A stretch of 64,000 nucleotides of DNA. Origin: Geosiphon pyriformis uo1. Lineage: Eukaryota; Fungi; Glomeromycota. How positions within the stretch are numbered: position 1 is the first letter of the stretch; the number at the start of each line of letters is the position of its first letter. Below are positions 49,171-62,896 of this stretch, one piece after another. The notes beneath the pieces were generated by a model, which was not told the origin of the DNA, did not search any database, and saw only the letters and a program-made list of their open reading frames with translations. Where the stretch lies: NCBI GenBank assembly GCA_016748015.1, contig JAAOMT010000657.1, positions 496,001 to 560,000 of the forward strand, read 5' to 3'. The translations under genes were made by a program, and so were the position numbers.

Positions 49171-50377
49171 TTTGTTAATTATTTTATATTATTTTATTGT
49201 TTTAAATTACATATTTTTTGTTTTTTATTCAAATAATACTAATTATTTTTAATTATAATTATTAATAAGATATTAATTTTTTATTTATTTTTTGTTAAAT
49301 TAAAATAATAATAAAATTAATAATAAATATAACATTATAAATAACTTAATAATAAAAAATACATACTATAAATATAAAATTAACTTATTAAAATTAAAAA
49401 GCTTATTAGAAAAATAATTAAATACCAAAATAAATTTGTTAAAAAAAACAAAAAAAAACAAATATTAATATTATAAATTTTAAGTTTTAGGTGTTTAATT
49501 TGTTAATTAGTTTTTATAAAAAATAATAATATTAAAAATTAATTTTATTTTAATTAAAAAAATTATAATTTTTTAAATTATTTTAAGATTAAATTAGTTA
49601 TTTTTTGGTTAAATTGTATTTAAAATTAGTAAATTAGTTTTTTAAATAAATAATTATATTTTGTTTTATTTTTAATTTTTAATTTTTAATTTTTATTTAA
49701 TATTTAAAATATTATTGTTATTTTTAGTTCTTAAAAAAATTTAGATATTATTATAATTAAAATTAATACTTTAAAAAAACCATATTTAATAAAAAACTTT
49801 TAATTATTATTATAATTTTAAATATTAAATTTTAAAATATTTAATATTGTTTTAACATAAATTTAAATAATTAATCATATGTTAAAACCATATAATTTAT
49901 GCTTATAGTTATAATATTTTATTGTAAATAAAATAAATAATAAATGAAATACATATTGTTAAAATATTTGAAAATTTATAATAATTATTATTATTATTAA
50001 GCTTAAAAAAAATCAAAAACAGTTATTTAATAACTTAAATACATAATAAAAAATAAGTTAATTAATTTAAAATACTAATTTTAAAAATTATAGTATTTAA
50101 AATGTTTTAAATTTTAAAAAATATAATTGTATAATTTTTTAATAATAATAAAGCAAATATAAATATAAATCTAATTAATTATATTGTTAATTTTATAGAT
50201 TAATTTGGTCATAAAAATTATTTTTAAAACAATAACTTTTATAAAAAATTTTAATAGTGTGTTTTTTAACAAAAATTGAAAACCAAATTAAAATTTTAAA
50301 ATAAATAGTAAAATATTACAAATTAATAATTTTTATTTTAACAATAATAATTTTACTATTTTATTTTTTTTGACTTA

Positions 50378-50408
<31 letters not shown>

Positions 50409-50700
50409 TAACAATAATTATTATTATTATTTAAAAAAACAAAAATTTTAAGAAAAATGTTTTTACAATGTTTTATTTAACTGTTTTTACTTTAAAAAAA
50501 AATTTGTTTTTTAAATATATTATATAAAATATAAAATTTCCACATTTTTATATTTTTGTTTATCTTTAATTTATTATTTAAATTTAAATTTAAAATTTAA
50601 AATTTATTTTTATTAAATATCATATTATCAATTTTTTTAGTTATAAATACTTATTAATCCAAAATCCAATTATAAAAAGTGTATTGAAACTAAATCTCAA
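49170..50700. other. Extreme A/T-rich block
   Basis: Continuous with the LINE relic; almost no C or G. Confidence 0.7.
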
Positions 50701-52085
50701 TTTTAAATTTGTAAACTTCTCAATACAAAGTTTCAATATAAGAAATCTCAAACCATTAAAAACTTAAAGCATTATTAATAAGCAAGGGTTTGGGTTGGTA
50801 AAGAGGGAATTTTACGTTCGGTGGTCGGGAAAATAAATAAATAAAAAAGGTAAATATAATAAAAGCAAAGAATCAATGATTTAGAGATGGTCTTTATGAT
50901 GATTTTAGGAAAGACAGAAACGCGTGACAAGCTAATCAAGAAAAATCAAGTTATGTGAATTTAAAAAAGTTTAAGGTTCGGGATATCACGTATAATTATT
51001 TTGACCCAAATTAACAAAACACTGATGAAACAACAAGTAATCAAACCTTAAACAGAGTTTTCAATGTCAAGAATGAACCATCATATGAATAGCTTTGAAT
51101 GAGGGATTGTTGATTCATCGAGTTCATTCAATTGAAAGTGAAAATTGATGTTCACAAATAGTTTTCTATTTGGGGTTTTAAATTTTCTCACTTCCCAGCA
51201 AAGCAAAGTATCGTACCGATGAGATGGCGCTGAAACAAGTTTAATGACAAATCGGTCAATTCCTATCGGCAGCTACCATTGATATCGAGACCACCTACAT
51301 TCGAGAAAGATCCATAGTACTTAGCTACGTTAGAAGCCTAAAAAGAGTTACGAAAGCTAATTTTTCTTTTCAATGTTTGTGTTGATCCGCGTTTGAAGTT
51401 CTTTGTGCTCGAAAACCTGCTTTTAACCTACTAGTATGAATCCCCCAGAGCCTGATATTGTTTAATAGGCGTTTTGTTTGAATAATTATCGTTTCGCTAT
51501 TCTGCACTAAGCCAAGAATTCAAATTTTTATATATGTTTGTAAATTAAAATACTTGATGATTGTCAATTTGGCATGTTTGTAAATTCGAGAAAAACTTTT
51601 TACCATTGAAGTCTCGAACACAAATTATCAACAAAGATCTTCAAATATTAACATATGTCAGAGACACGCGCTTCATCAGGAAATATCGTTATTATTGATG
51701 TCAAACAATAGAAAATCAAAACATCAGTAGCACACAATCGTGTACTTGTTCGACCAGTTCAATCATTATTTATTTGTTGTTTTTACTTGATTTCCATTCG
51801 ATTCCCGGAATTTGTACAAAATTATAAGGGGAAAGGTGAGTAGGTTTTTTGATGAAATCATTATTTACTTTTTACTTTTGGAATTATGTTCCGATGGCTA
51901 TTCTACAAGGAAGATCGGATGCAAAAAAAGAAAACGAAAAAACGGGGGAATGACAAGAAAAAAAATGCTACACATGCCAAAAAAAAAGGGGAGTCAACCA
52001 ACACTGCTTGAAAATATACATGCAGCGGGTCAACAAAAAAATTTACAGATTAAGAAAAAAATGGGGAAGACAATTGCGTCTTTGT

Positions 52086-52126
<41 letters not shown>

Positions 52127-52147
52127 ANNNNNNNNNNNNNNNNNNNN
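52086..52147. other. Poly-G run (40 G) next to a 20-N assembly gap
   Basis: G at 52086-52125 and N at 52128-52147. Confidence 0.95.
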
Positions 52148-52354
52148 GGGGGAAGGGAGGAGGGAATGGGGAATCTTACAAAAAGGATAAATCAAAAGGG
52201 AAGTGTATATAGGGAAAATTTGTATCGAACTGGAAGAGTTCGTGAATAAAAAGAAAATGATTTACAAAGATAAACTAAATGCCAATTAAAGACATTTTTT
52301 TTTATTTGAACATGAATTAATTTTATTATCTGGTCAAATCTATTTTATCAATGA

Positions 52355-54257
52355 TCATGATTCTTCAGGTTCATCAAGAACCTGTTTCAAGATCTCACAT
52401 CTCCTTTCCAAAACGCTCAGAATTCCTTCAATTTGCTTTCGGGACATTTTGCCAACCAATGCCTTGAAACGAGAATCATCGAAATCGAAATGAGGTGGCA
52501 TAAATGGAGATCCCGACGAAGCAAATTGTTGTGGATGCTGAGCGCTGGTAGATATAATGGCTAATTGTCCTGGGGAAATTTGGGATTGTCCGACCATAAG
52601 TGGCATGATAGGGCGTTGACCTGGCAAAATAGTTTGAATGGTAAGAGGAATTTGTTGAGGAGAAGTTGGACTTATCGAACCAGAATCCGAAGAAGCTTCT
52701 GATCCTGATAGATCACCGCTACTATTTGGATTATTGCCATTATTGGCACCCCAATCACGGCGACGACGTTGAATTTTCGCTTTTCGCATGGCAACAGGGC
52801 GATCACGATTATGTAATTTTGCATATAAGCCGCAGGCATTACATATTGGTTGACCTTTTTCATTTTTGCGCCACAAAGGTGTCTGGGTTTGAGCACAATT
52901 AACACAACGAATCGGAGTTTCACTTGAGGATGAGACAGATGACTGTGATTCCTGCTGCTGCTGCTGTTGTTGTTGTTGTTGTTGTTGCTGTTGTTGCTGC
53001 TGCTGTTGTTGTTGTTGTTGCTGTTGAGATGGTTGCAATTGCGGCTGCTCTTGTGATGATTGTTCGTTGGTAGTTTCTCCTGAAATATGATTATTCGAAT
53101 TGCTACGGGATAACGTATACGGACCAGTGGCAGCACTAGGCTTATTTCTGATATGTAGGGGGCGATGCGTGTTATATTGTTTGTAATAAAGACCACAAGC
53201 ATTGCACAAAGAATGCATCCGATCAGGAGTTCTACGCCAAAGTGGGGTTTTATTAACACCGCAGTTATAACATTCAAGTTGACGTGGTGGTTTATTGCTC
53301 ATATTCTTCTTTGCATTTGATGAAGATCTTTGTTTTTGTGGGAGCGAAACCTCGATAGTTTGTTCTCCAGAAAGTTGTGCAGAGGGGGGTGGGGTTGAAG
53401 GAACGGAGGAGAACGAACTGGGTGATGAGTGTTCTTCTTTTGCTGGTACATTTGTGGAAGACGTTTCATCGTCTGGAAGAACCGAAATAATTGAATGAAT
53501 TAAGAACATATCATGATAAGAAATTAGTAAAAAGATAAAATGACATAAAAAACTTACTGTTAACTTGAGATATTTGGTTCTCTGCCTGCTCTAATTTAAT
53601 ATACATATCAATGCAATCTTCTTGTTTGATCGATGGTGATTTATCATGAGAAAGGATTGGTTGACAATGCATTTGTGAAGGAGAGACCAATGAAAGTGTG
53701 TTATTATCAGGTAAAGCCGTAAATCCTCCATCAGAACTCATCAAAAAATCCAATGGTGATTGAAGGGATTCGTCCATGAGAAGAGAATCATCAAAATTGT
53801 GACTGACTAAACGAGGACTATCAATACCATTGCTACTACCAAAACTGCTTTCAACTGGAGAATCTAAACCAGTTGGGGATAAACATTTATTCTGGTTTGG
53901 ACTTGGTAACATCACGTCACCGGTATCGGGACCTGTAAAAAGAGAATCACCAACCCAGTTTTCGACGAGGGGTGATTGAAGATGCTGCAAAATTGGAGTA
54001 GTCGCGACACCATTGGCTGTTAACCAGTGTTGAAGATTATATTTTTGATCAGAAATTCCGTTTGAAAGTGCTAATGACATGAAATCACTGTCTGAAATCT
54101 GCGAAACCGAATCCTCAGCCATCATTTCATAAGAAGGTATTTGAATTTGCAACATTTTATTGTCACCTGACCGACCCATGGCGCAAGAAGTAGAAACTTG
54201 TGGGGCGTAAAGGAAAGAAGTACCTTCGACATTCATTATAATGTGATTTGGACCCAT
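52355..54257 (-). CDS. Two-finger GATA transcription factor (~605 aa) with Q25 linker
   Basis: Exons 54257-53558 and 53472-52355 (GTAAGT...CAG, phase 1). Fingers CYNC-x18-CNAC and CVNC-x17-CNAC, both with TPLWR; C-terminal helical segment. Confidence 0.93.
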
Positions 54258-54263
54258 TTCTTT

Positions 54264-54264
<1 letters not shown>

Positions 54265-54308
<44 letters not shown>

Positions 54309-54340
54309 CAGTAGTAGTAGTAGTAGTAGTAGTAGTAGTT
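54265..54340. repeat. (TAG)n/(ACT)n microsatellite just upstream of the GATA start codon
   Basis: About 25 units, ending a few nt before ATG 54257. Confidence 0.95.
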
Positions 54341-56667
54341 AGTTCGAAATAAAAAGGTGTTGAGAGGATAATTTTCGAGGTTCTTAATAAACTGTGAGTG
54401 AACAGTTTGAACAGGTCTCGTTTCTTGTAGAGTTTTGGAAAGACAAACACGTTAAGGAATATTGTTCGCTTGAATTTCTGATTCGTAATAATGATATGGT
54501 AATAGAGTCGTTAAGGTAAATGGTTCACTTTGATGAGTTGAATGGAGATTTTTGAGGTACTCCAGCAGTGAACTATTTATATGGGAGAGAGTGGGGAAAT
54601 AAGAGAATATTTTGAATATTTTGCTTCTGTATTCTTAAAAAATCATTGAGAAAACAAGCAAATATTCCCCTTTTTGAGAAATGATCAAAGAAATATTGAA
54701 TAAATAGCGGAAAAACAGAGAATAAAAATGAATAATGTGATCCCTTAGTCAATCGACACCTCTAAAGACACCCTTTTCATACAAAATAATTCATTGTACA
54801 ATAAAAATATTTATTAATCAAAGAATAAATTGGATTAAAAAATCAAAGAATAAGAAAATTATGAACAATTTTTTTATATTGTGAACTTTTTTACAAATAA
54901 AATAAATTTCTTTTTTAATAAACAAGAAAGTAGTGTTATAAAACGAGAAGTAGGGTTAGAAATTGTCCAAATGAGACAGTGTAGAGAAGTTGACATGTTA
55001 CGACCATTTGCCGGAAAGAGGAAAAACGATTAAAACTCGTTAACAAAAAACCCAAGTGAACTTTTAAGGTTCAAATTCTAATGGACTGAACAAGTTTTTG
55101 AATATGAGAAAATGAAGTTGGGCCTTTCACTTACACTTCGCTGCTGTGCTTGTTAACAAACGTTAAAGCCAATTAATTTCTCGCAAGAACGGCTAAGAGA
55201 CAAGAAAGAAAGAAAGGTGGGTCACTTTTAAATACATGAGATTAAGGGGTGGTCAAAGGAAATTTGGGGTATCTAAACAGAGGTTTACCAGTTTTTGTGT
55301 AATTTAGGGTATAAACACTGCATGAACGCCCAAAGGAGTAGTGTTTAATTGAACCAATGAAAGGTATAGTGAAAAGATTTTATTTTTGAAACCAATTAGA
55401 ATGATTAATATACCTTGTGGAATGAAATGATGCGTAAAAAGAAATTCTTAGTGCCACTGTGTTACTGTCACAAGAGGGTGACGATTTATAAAATTATATT
55501 TATTTAATTCTACTAATAACATAAGTAAATAATAAATAATAATAATAATAATAATAATACCAAATGATTTCAGGAATTTTATGAACTGGTGATTTTTAAA
55601 CTTTTTTTTGATATTTTATTTGAGAATTTTTTTTTCTCCGGAACTTTTGAGTTTTCGCTCCGAAACATGATGCAAGAAGAAAAAAGTTTTGACCATTTAT
55701 AGTCCTTTAGGGGGATTATTTGATGAGAGTGAAACTTTTTAAAGAAGAAAAAAGAAAAAAAAGGGTAAAAAAGATGAAAAAAAAAATTTAGTGTACAAGA
55801 GTTTTTTCTTTTCAATAATTTTTTGCGTATATTTAGAATATTGGGGGAGGGGGACAAAGAAAAATTCAGGTTTTTTTCATTTGTTGGACTCTCATTTTCT
55901 CATATTCAAAGATGTCGTGTTGTCGCGGAGAACGGTTGTGTGTGGGTCAAACGTAGTAATAGTCGCTTTGCTGTTTATGGCACATGATAAAATAAAAATT
56001 TGGAGAAAATTTAACGAAACACAAAAATTTTAACGGCAATATAATTTCACGACATCGCTCATACACACATTCACACCGTTCTACGCAGAGGAATAGAATG
56101 GGATGAGAGCATTTTCGTATTGTTTATACGTCGATTACTAACTTTAATGGTGATTGTCAGTCTTCAGCCAGAACAACAAATAGGTACCTGAATGCGACAC
56201 AGAATGTCGATGTTGTCCCGCCTCTTCAAAATTTTTATGCAATGCGATTTTTTTCGATATACTAATTTTAGTTAAGTTATCCAGTGCTGTCAAGATTAAC
56301 GCTAAGACAATTCGAGAGATTTATGGGTATCTAATTCGTTAAAAAAAATTTTCTCATTAAGGTTGTCCTACACTGCGAGATAAGATAACGGAGCGATTCT
56401 TTCACAACTCTAAAAAATTCAGGTCACACTATTAAACCCAGCTCAAATAATATCAAAAGGGACTTTCGAATTTCCTTGTCGGATAACTTTTTACTATTGT
56501 TTTGAACGATTATGAAATTCATTTTTTGTTATGATTTAAAAATCTTCAAACATTATCAAAACAAAATTATTCTCAAAAGTTAATCGATAGTAAGTGATGA
56601 TTTTTTTTTTAATTTATAAAGTTAATAAAATGAAAATCGAAAATAAATCTTAAGTTTATTTAACATC

Positions 56668-56700
<33 letters not shown>

Positions 56701-58014
56701 CACAAAAAAAAAAAAGATCTTTCAATTATTATTTTATCTTTCATTGATCTTTAGAGCAGACTTTGAAAAATTAAAAAATAACAAAAGGAAAATCCAAGGT
56801 GTTTGAAAGGATAAAATTATATTGTAAAGGTAAGCAAAGAAAGCGGCTTCCTGGTCGGGTCGGTTAGTTGCGGGGGATTTTCAAATTATATCCCTGTTCT
56901 CTTTAAGTATCAGAAAAAAAAACTGGTTTATCAGGTGTCACAATTAATATTAAAAGGAAGGTAGCGGAAGAAACCCTTTTCAAAAAAGGTGCAAGCGGCT
57001 GGACCTTCTAAAAAAATATTAGGGTAATAAATGGAAACGCAAGGGGAAAGAGAACACCAAACACAAAGAATTGCATAAAATTGTCAAGTTGGAATTCTTT
57101 GACTTTATCCGAGGCTAGACAGAAAATCCCATTTTGTAAAAAAATTTACCATTTTCCTTATTCTTTTATTTTAAATAAAATCTAGCTTGAATTTGATGTG
57201 TACAAGCCGAGCCTTCTTTACGGAGCCTCACGATAGTCGGGCTTCATCTTTAATATTTTGGTTAGAAAATGTTTAAAGGCTTACATAAATTTAGAAAACC
57301 CCTTATTGATTTCTTTTTACCTATTTAAAACTTTTATATCTAATATTCACTTGAGCTTTTAATTAAATCCCCCAAGCTTCCCCAGTTTTATTTCGATCCC
57401 AAAAGTTAAAAATTAAATTTATAAAATTATCCGAAGTTGAAATAAAATAAATTTCCCGGTAATTCAACATTACCTCATCACAATGTTTAGAATCATGTGA
57501 TTGCAATATATTTAGGGAAGTTTATCAGTTTCATCTATGCTCCGGAATTTCTAGGTAAGATTTTAAACGTCACCCCTATTGTGATCTTAATCATAACATA
57601 ATGACACAAATTCTTTGTTTATAACAATTTGTGTTTTTTAAATGAAAATTTATCAATTAATTTAAATTGATTTGTTAGTAAAAATATTTCTTTACATATG
57701 TAAACCATATTATTAAATCTTAAGAAATAATTTAATTTTTAAATATTATAAAATTAATTAATTATATTATAAAAACATATAAATTTATATTTTAAAAAAC
57801 ATATATAAACATATTTAAAATTGTATAAATTTTTATTTTAAATATAATAATAAATAATTTTATTTTAATTTTATAATAATTCTTAACTTGAAAATTAATT
57901 TTTTAATATTTTTGGAAATTTAAAAAACATTAAATAATAAAACAAGTTACCAATACTTATATACATATTATAAATATTAATTTACATATTTTACTTAACA
58001 ATGTAAATAAAAAT

Positions 58015-58149
<135 letters not shown>

Positions 58150-58320
58150 TTAAGTTATATTAAAACTAACCTTTTTGATAAAACACTTAAATTATCAACT
58201 TTCAAATAAGTGTTCATTGAAAATCTCTACCTTCGAATAATTTAAACAAAAAAACGTAGTATTCCCTTTGACTTGGTGGCTAGGTTCACGACCAAGAACC
58301 CTGTTGTTCCTTCTAATAGT

Positions 58321-60564
58321 ATGCACCCACGAAATAGATATAAGAATAAACCACCAGACTTTTCCGTTCTTGCTTATAAATACATATCTTTTCACCCTTA
58401 GTAAGTGAAGGAAATTCTTTTTATTGGAGTATACTTCTTCTATTCTTCCTCAATAACTAATTCTCTTTTTTTATGGGGAAAAAAGTGTTCAATATAAGAA
58501 AAATGGCAAAGCTTATATTGATTTTAAAAATCCCAAAGCTCTCCGGTATGTAATTCTCACAAGGTCATAGTTGTTCAAAGTACAAATCAGTGAAGTATGT
58601 TTTATTCTTTTTGTTATTCTCCTGCAAATATTGCTGGATAACAGAGAACTCACGTATTGTTTATTACGAGATGATTTTCATCTTGAGCTTGATATGCCCC
58701 CAGATACCTTATGTCCTATGGTAAGGATTAAACACTTCTGGTTTGCTAAAATATTAAAAAGCGAATTATTTTTTCACTCTTTTTCTTATTTACAGATACC
58801 TAATAGGTGAGATTTATGGTTGAGATTTTGGAAATTTTTGAGTTCGAATTCGAAAACGGTTTTAGTAATTTCGACTGGTAAATTTTTACATAGGCTGAAT
58901 TATATCCATTGGATTGAAGATTTGCTTTCTTGCAGCGATACGCGACTTGATGAAGTTTATGGCATTGATATGTAAGCAAACTTTGGGTCTTTTTTAGAAT
59001 AAATGATTGTTAAATTTCTTTGAATCAAAGAGGTACCGGGGCATCATGTATCTATCCACTTTTGGGTTGCACACTTAACAAAAATTGGAAATTTATTGCT
59101 ACCGGTATTATTTTCTTTTAATTCAATCTGAAAAAATCTTCTCCATTCTTTCAAAATAATAAACATCTATCTTTACTTCTAATCGTATCAAGATATCAAC
59201 AAAAGATTAGTCAAATATGCCGAAGCCAATATCATCAGAAATGATTTACGAGATCGTGTTACTATGGTTCTGAAAACAAAGGAATCGAAACTTCTGTTAG
59301 ACGAACAGTTGGAACAAATCACGTCCAGTAAAAGGTATTTAAATAGTGAATAGCCAATTTTGGAAAACACCTTAGATTTTATTTATCAAAACATTACCTT
59401 CTCCTATTAGGTTTTCTTTTTGTATGTGTAATCCACCATTTTATGAAAGTCAAGAACAATATGAAGAAGCATTGAATAGCAAGGAGGCAGAGCCTTCAGG
59501 GGTCAGTATTTAGGATTCCATTTCTCTGATAACAAATTAATTTCACTTGATTTTTTTATCAGATTTTGACGGCAACCAGAGGAGAAATTATCACAATTGG
59601 TGGAGAATTAAATTTTATCAAAAGAATATTGCAAGAAAGCTTAATCTTGAAGGATAAAATTGGGTTAATTTATTTATTCCATATGTATTTTATTCGGAAA
59701 GAGAAATACAAAATATGCTCATTTTTAAACAATTTATTGCTCTTCACGACATCAGCTGGTATACTTCTATGATGGGCAGAAAGGAAACTGTCAATCTAAT
59801 TGTGGCGGAATTAAAGAAGAACAAAGTATCCATTATGGCATCTTCTTATTATGAACATGTATTCGTGTCTTACTTGGATTTTTTTCCTCTCAAAGATCGA
59901 TAACTTTGCGGTAACTGAATTTTCTCAAGGACAAACCCGCAGGTGGGGGGTTGGTTGGTCATTTAGAGGTTATCGACTGCCTACGGTACGGTCCCCCTGT
60001 ACTGATGTCACCTTATATATCATTCATCATGATTTATTCTCACCTATTTGGACGGCTTTATCTCAATGCACATTATTCATATAGAATATTTCACAACCCT
60101 CTTCCAAAAGACTTCGCAAAGTGGGTCCGCCCATAACAGAGTTTTTTATAGAGTTTTTTGTCGGTTTGCAGAGTGTCATAGAATTCTTGGAATGGCTTTT
60201 CAGTGATTTGAATATCGAAGCAAGATGGAATGAAGAGATAAAAACTTTTATGGGCATTGTGTATTCGAATACATGGTCACGTTCTTCACGAAGGAAACAC
60301 GAAAGAGAAAAAGAAAAAGCCCAACAAGCAACAGCACAACCTTTAAATCAACAAAACGTGACTTCTAAAATCGCTTCGTCATTGAATTCTTTTATCCAAT
60401 CCCTGTTCGAGTTCTCTTGTCATCTCGAAGCTTTGGAGTATACTACAAAAATCACTTTTTCTTGGAAAAAGGGACTTGATAGAAGCTTGTTTGAATCTTT
60501 CTTTCTCCATGTCAAAAATAGATTAGAGCGAAAATTCCGAGACTCTGTGAACGAGGTTTTTTAG
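58321..60564 (+). CDS. METTL16: METTL16/Mtl16-like U6 snRNA m6A methyltransferase (about 12 exons)
   Basis: MHPRNRYKNKPPDFSVLA, LCPM-IPNR-LNYIHWIEDLL, GIDIGTGASCIYPLLG, FCMCNPPFY, GGELNFIKRILQES, WYTSMMGRK, TEFSQGQTRRWGVGWSF. Confidence 0.93.
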
Positions 60565-60595
60565 TGCAAAGTATCTTCTTATATGATAGCTTCTA

Positions 60596-61899
60596 CTAAT
60601 CAAAACCAGCCCATTGCAAGCAAATGTAAACAGCTTCGTTATGTTGGGAATCCCAAGAACACAATATTTGGGATTTTTTGGTGTTCGTTGCCAATCTTCC
60701 AAAAGTTATAATGTCCAATGCAGAGATCGAAAAGTCGATATCAACTATACTGGCAATAAGTTGTCCATGATGCCTTAAAGGGTCACCTAAATGTTGGAAG
60801 AAATTATAATAGAAGCTTACATAAGACAATTAGTTTTGAAAACGGCCTAACTTGCCTTGATACAAAAGATAATCCCCTCCGAACTTGATCCCATTAGTGA
60901 TAAAATAACCACGGTTCCACAAGTCATTAAATATTTTAAAGTGGAGCTTTTCTTTCTCTGTATTGGGCCAAGTCCATAGTCCAGTTTGGTTAGCTTCTTC
61001 AATCGACGTAATGCAATAATCTTTATCATCATACCACGAAAACAAAGACGAAGAGGTATTGATGATCGTAATTGGAGAAAATTTTATGGTCGTTTCTTTG
61101 GTTGGTTTCTTTGAAACTGGGTTTTTCATGGATGATGAGGGTTGTTTGACGTTTTCATTTTTTAGGTTCTCTCGGTCATTTATGTTGACTGAGCTCAAAG
61201 TATCTAGTAATACTTGAGGCACAGAAGCAACTTCACTATTTGTGGATGATTTCATGTTAATCATATTATTTTCTGGGCTTTTTAGATTATTCTGCTTGTC
61301 AATTGAGCTCGATGGCGTGTCATCATTTAACCGACGATCAAATTTTGCTCGTTTCTCCTGATATAAACGTGTATAATTGAGTTCTTGATATTTTTGATGA
61401 TCAAGACGAAGACAATTAAATTCTGATACTTGATCAGAAGTAGGTTGTAAGTGAGTTTTTTTGGAATCTACTAATATAATAATTCCTAAATTAAATTGTT
61501 GATATTAATTAATAAGAGGACGCGTCTTGAACCACAAAATGATCGGCTGGTTGCCTTACCTTTCGATAAGAGCAAGGTAACTTCCTCGGACATCAATGTT
61601 GATGGAAGACCGAAATACTGATTTTGCATTGGTAGTCGTGGCAATGTCCCAATCAGAGATCCAACGATCCGATATTTAGATCGTAATTCGTGAATGACTG
61701 ATAATAGAGAACATAAAATAAGTTATAGCAATTTGTCATCAGTCTAGAACAAAATTAGAAGATTACAAAAAAGCAAACCATCAGAATCCCACACAAATGC
61801 TTTTTTATGTGAAATATGAACCTTGAATGGGGGACTAATTTGTGATTTTTGCGATACGGTAGAGTTTTGGAAATTTTTATCGACAGGTGAATCAGACAT
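60596..61899 (-). CDS. SEN34: tRNA-splicing endonuclease subunit Sen34 (4 exons)
   Basis: ATG 61899; RIVGSLIGTLPRLPMQNQYFGLPSTLMSEEVTLL, FNDLWNRGYFITNGIKFGGDYLLYQ|GDPLRHH, GRLATNTKK, LQWAGF. Confidence 0.93.
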
Positions 61900-62269
61900 A
61901 ATGTAAAATTTTATTGATCAGAGAAATTTTTTGTGAGGCCCAATAGACAAAAGCTCCAAGTTGGTTTTAGGAATTAAACGACCAATAAAATTCCCTATGA
62001 TCGGCCTCAAACAACTAATAGTTAAAAGAGAAATCGACTAATATTCATCAGGGAAAGAACATTATATTATTAACTATCTGTTATCACTCTTATCGATTAA
62101 CCATAATAGAACAACTATCTGCCTAAATAAGGACTAATAAAATTTAACGAATCACTAAGAGTTTTAAAGATGCGTGTTTAACATAAATATGGTTTATTTT
62201 GGTGATGATAATAGAAGGTGATCACATTTTCATTGTTCAAAGTTCCTGGAAATCTAAAAATATAAATGG

Positions 62270-62545
62270 TCAATGAAGGAGGGTTCATGGTTCTGCTGAT
62301 CTGTCGGTCCCTCCTATCAAATTGTGATGAGCAAAAACAGGACCTTTTTTTTTGGAATTTATCAAAACCGAGCCCCAAGTCTTGTTCGCTTTAAAAAGTT
62401 TAACCCTTAAGATTTTACAAAATACCCCGCGTTTCAAAAAAAAACATGTAAACACTGTCGGAAAATTGCTGGTGGGTAACTTCAGTTTAGTCGTCACCGC
62501 CGATCGTTAGAATTTCAGTATTCTAAATTGTCAGGCTTTTTAATT
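62270..62545. ncRNA. Candidate structured non-coding RNA or regulatory element
   Basis: More GC- and CpG-rich than its flanks. AGGAGGG...CCCTCCT stem (62277-62314), GTGATGA at 62324 and TTAGAAT...ATTCTAA hairpin (~62507-62527). No family recognised. Confidence 0.2.
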
Positions 62546-62896
62546 TAGAGTTTGACTGTTAATCAAATTTGATTATTATTGAATGAATAATACTCTAGCC
62601 TTATTAGTATATAATGGACAAAGTACAAAAGTTGACCTTTTTTTAAGGTCTCCAAAGTATAAAACACACTTTTTCGATCGGATACTATTTTACAGATATT
62701 TACAAATAAAAATTCTAGATTTTTAACGAGAATTATAAAGAAGATAATTAAATAAAGAGGTTTCTAGATATGGGAGATTTCTGATAGTCCGAGCAAAGAT
62801 CATCGCTTTTTCCGAATGAGGATATAAAGACCTGTAAATAGTCGATTAAATATCAAATCAAATTAGTCTAATTTGGACTTAACCTGAATCATTATT

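Noticed and set aside
51195-51300. AGTATCGTACCGATGAG resembling U4 snRNA
   Set aside because: Lacks the U6-pairing 5' end and a convincing Sm-site arrangement.
51812-52249. ORF with poly-Gly and possible G-quadruplex
   Set aside because: Spans the poly-G run and N gap; sequence unreliable and there is no protein motif.
52355-54257. Naming the GATA gene SreA or AreA
   Set aside because: No Cys-rich inter-finger region (unlike SreA) and two fingers (unlike AreA).
54262-54450. Poly-Thr uORF before the GATA gene
   Set aside because: GTG start; the open frame is largely explained by the ACT microsatellite.
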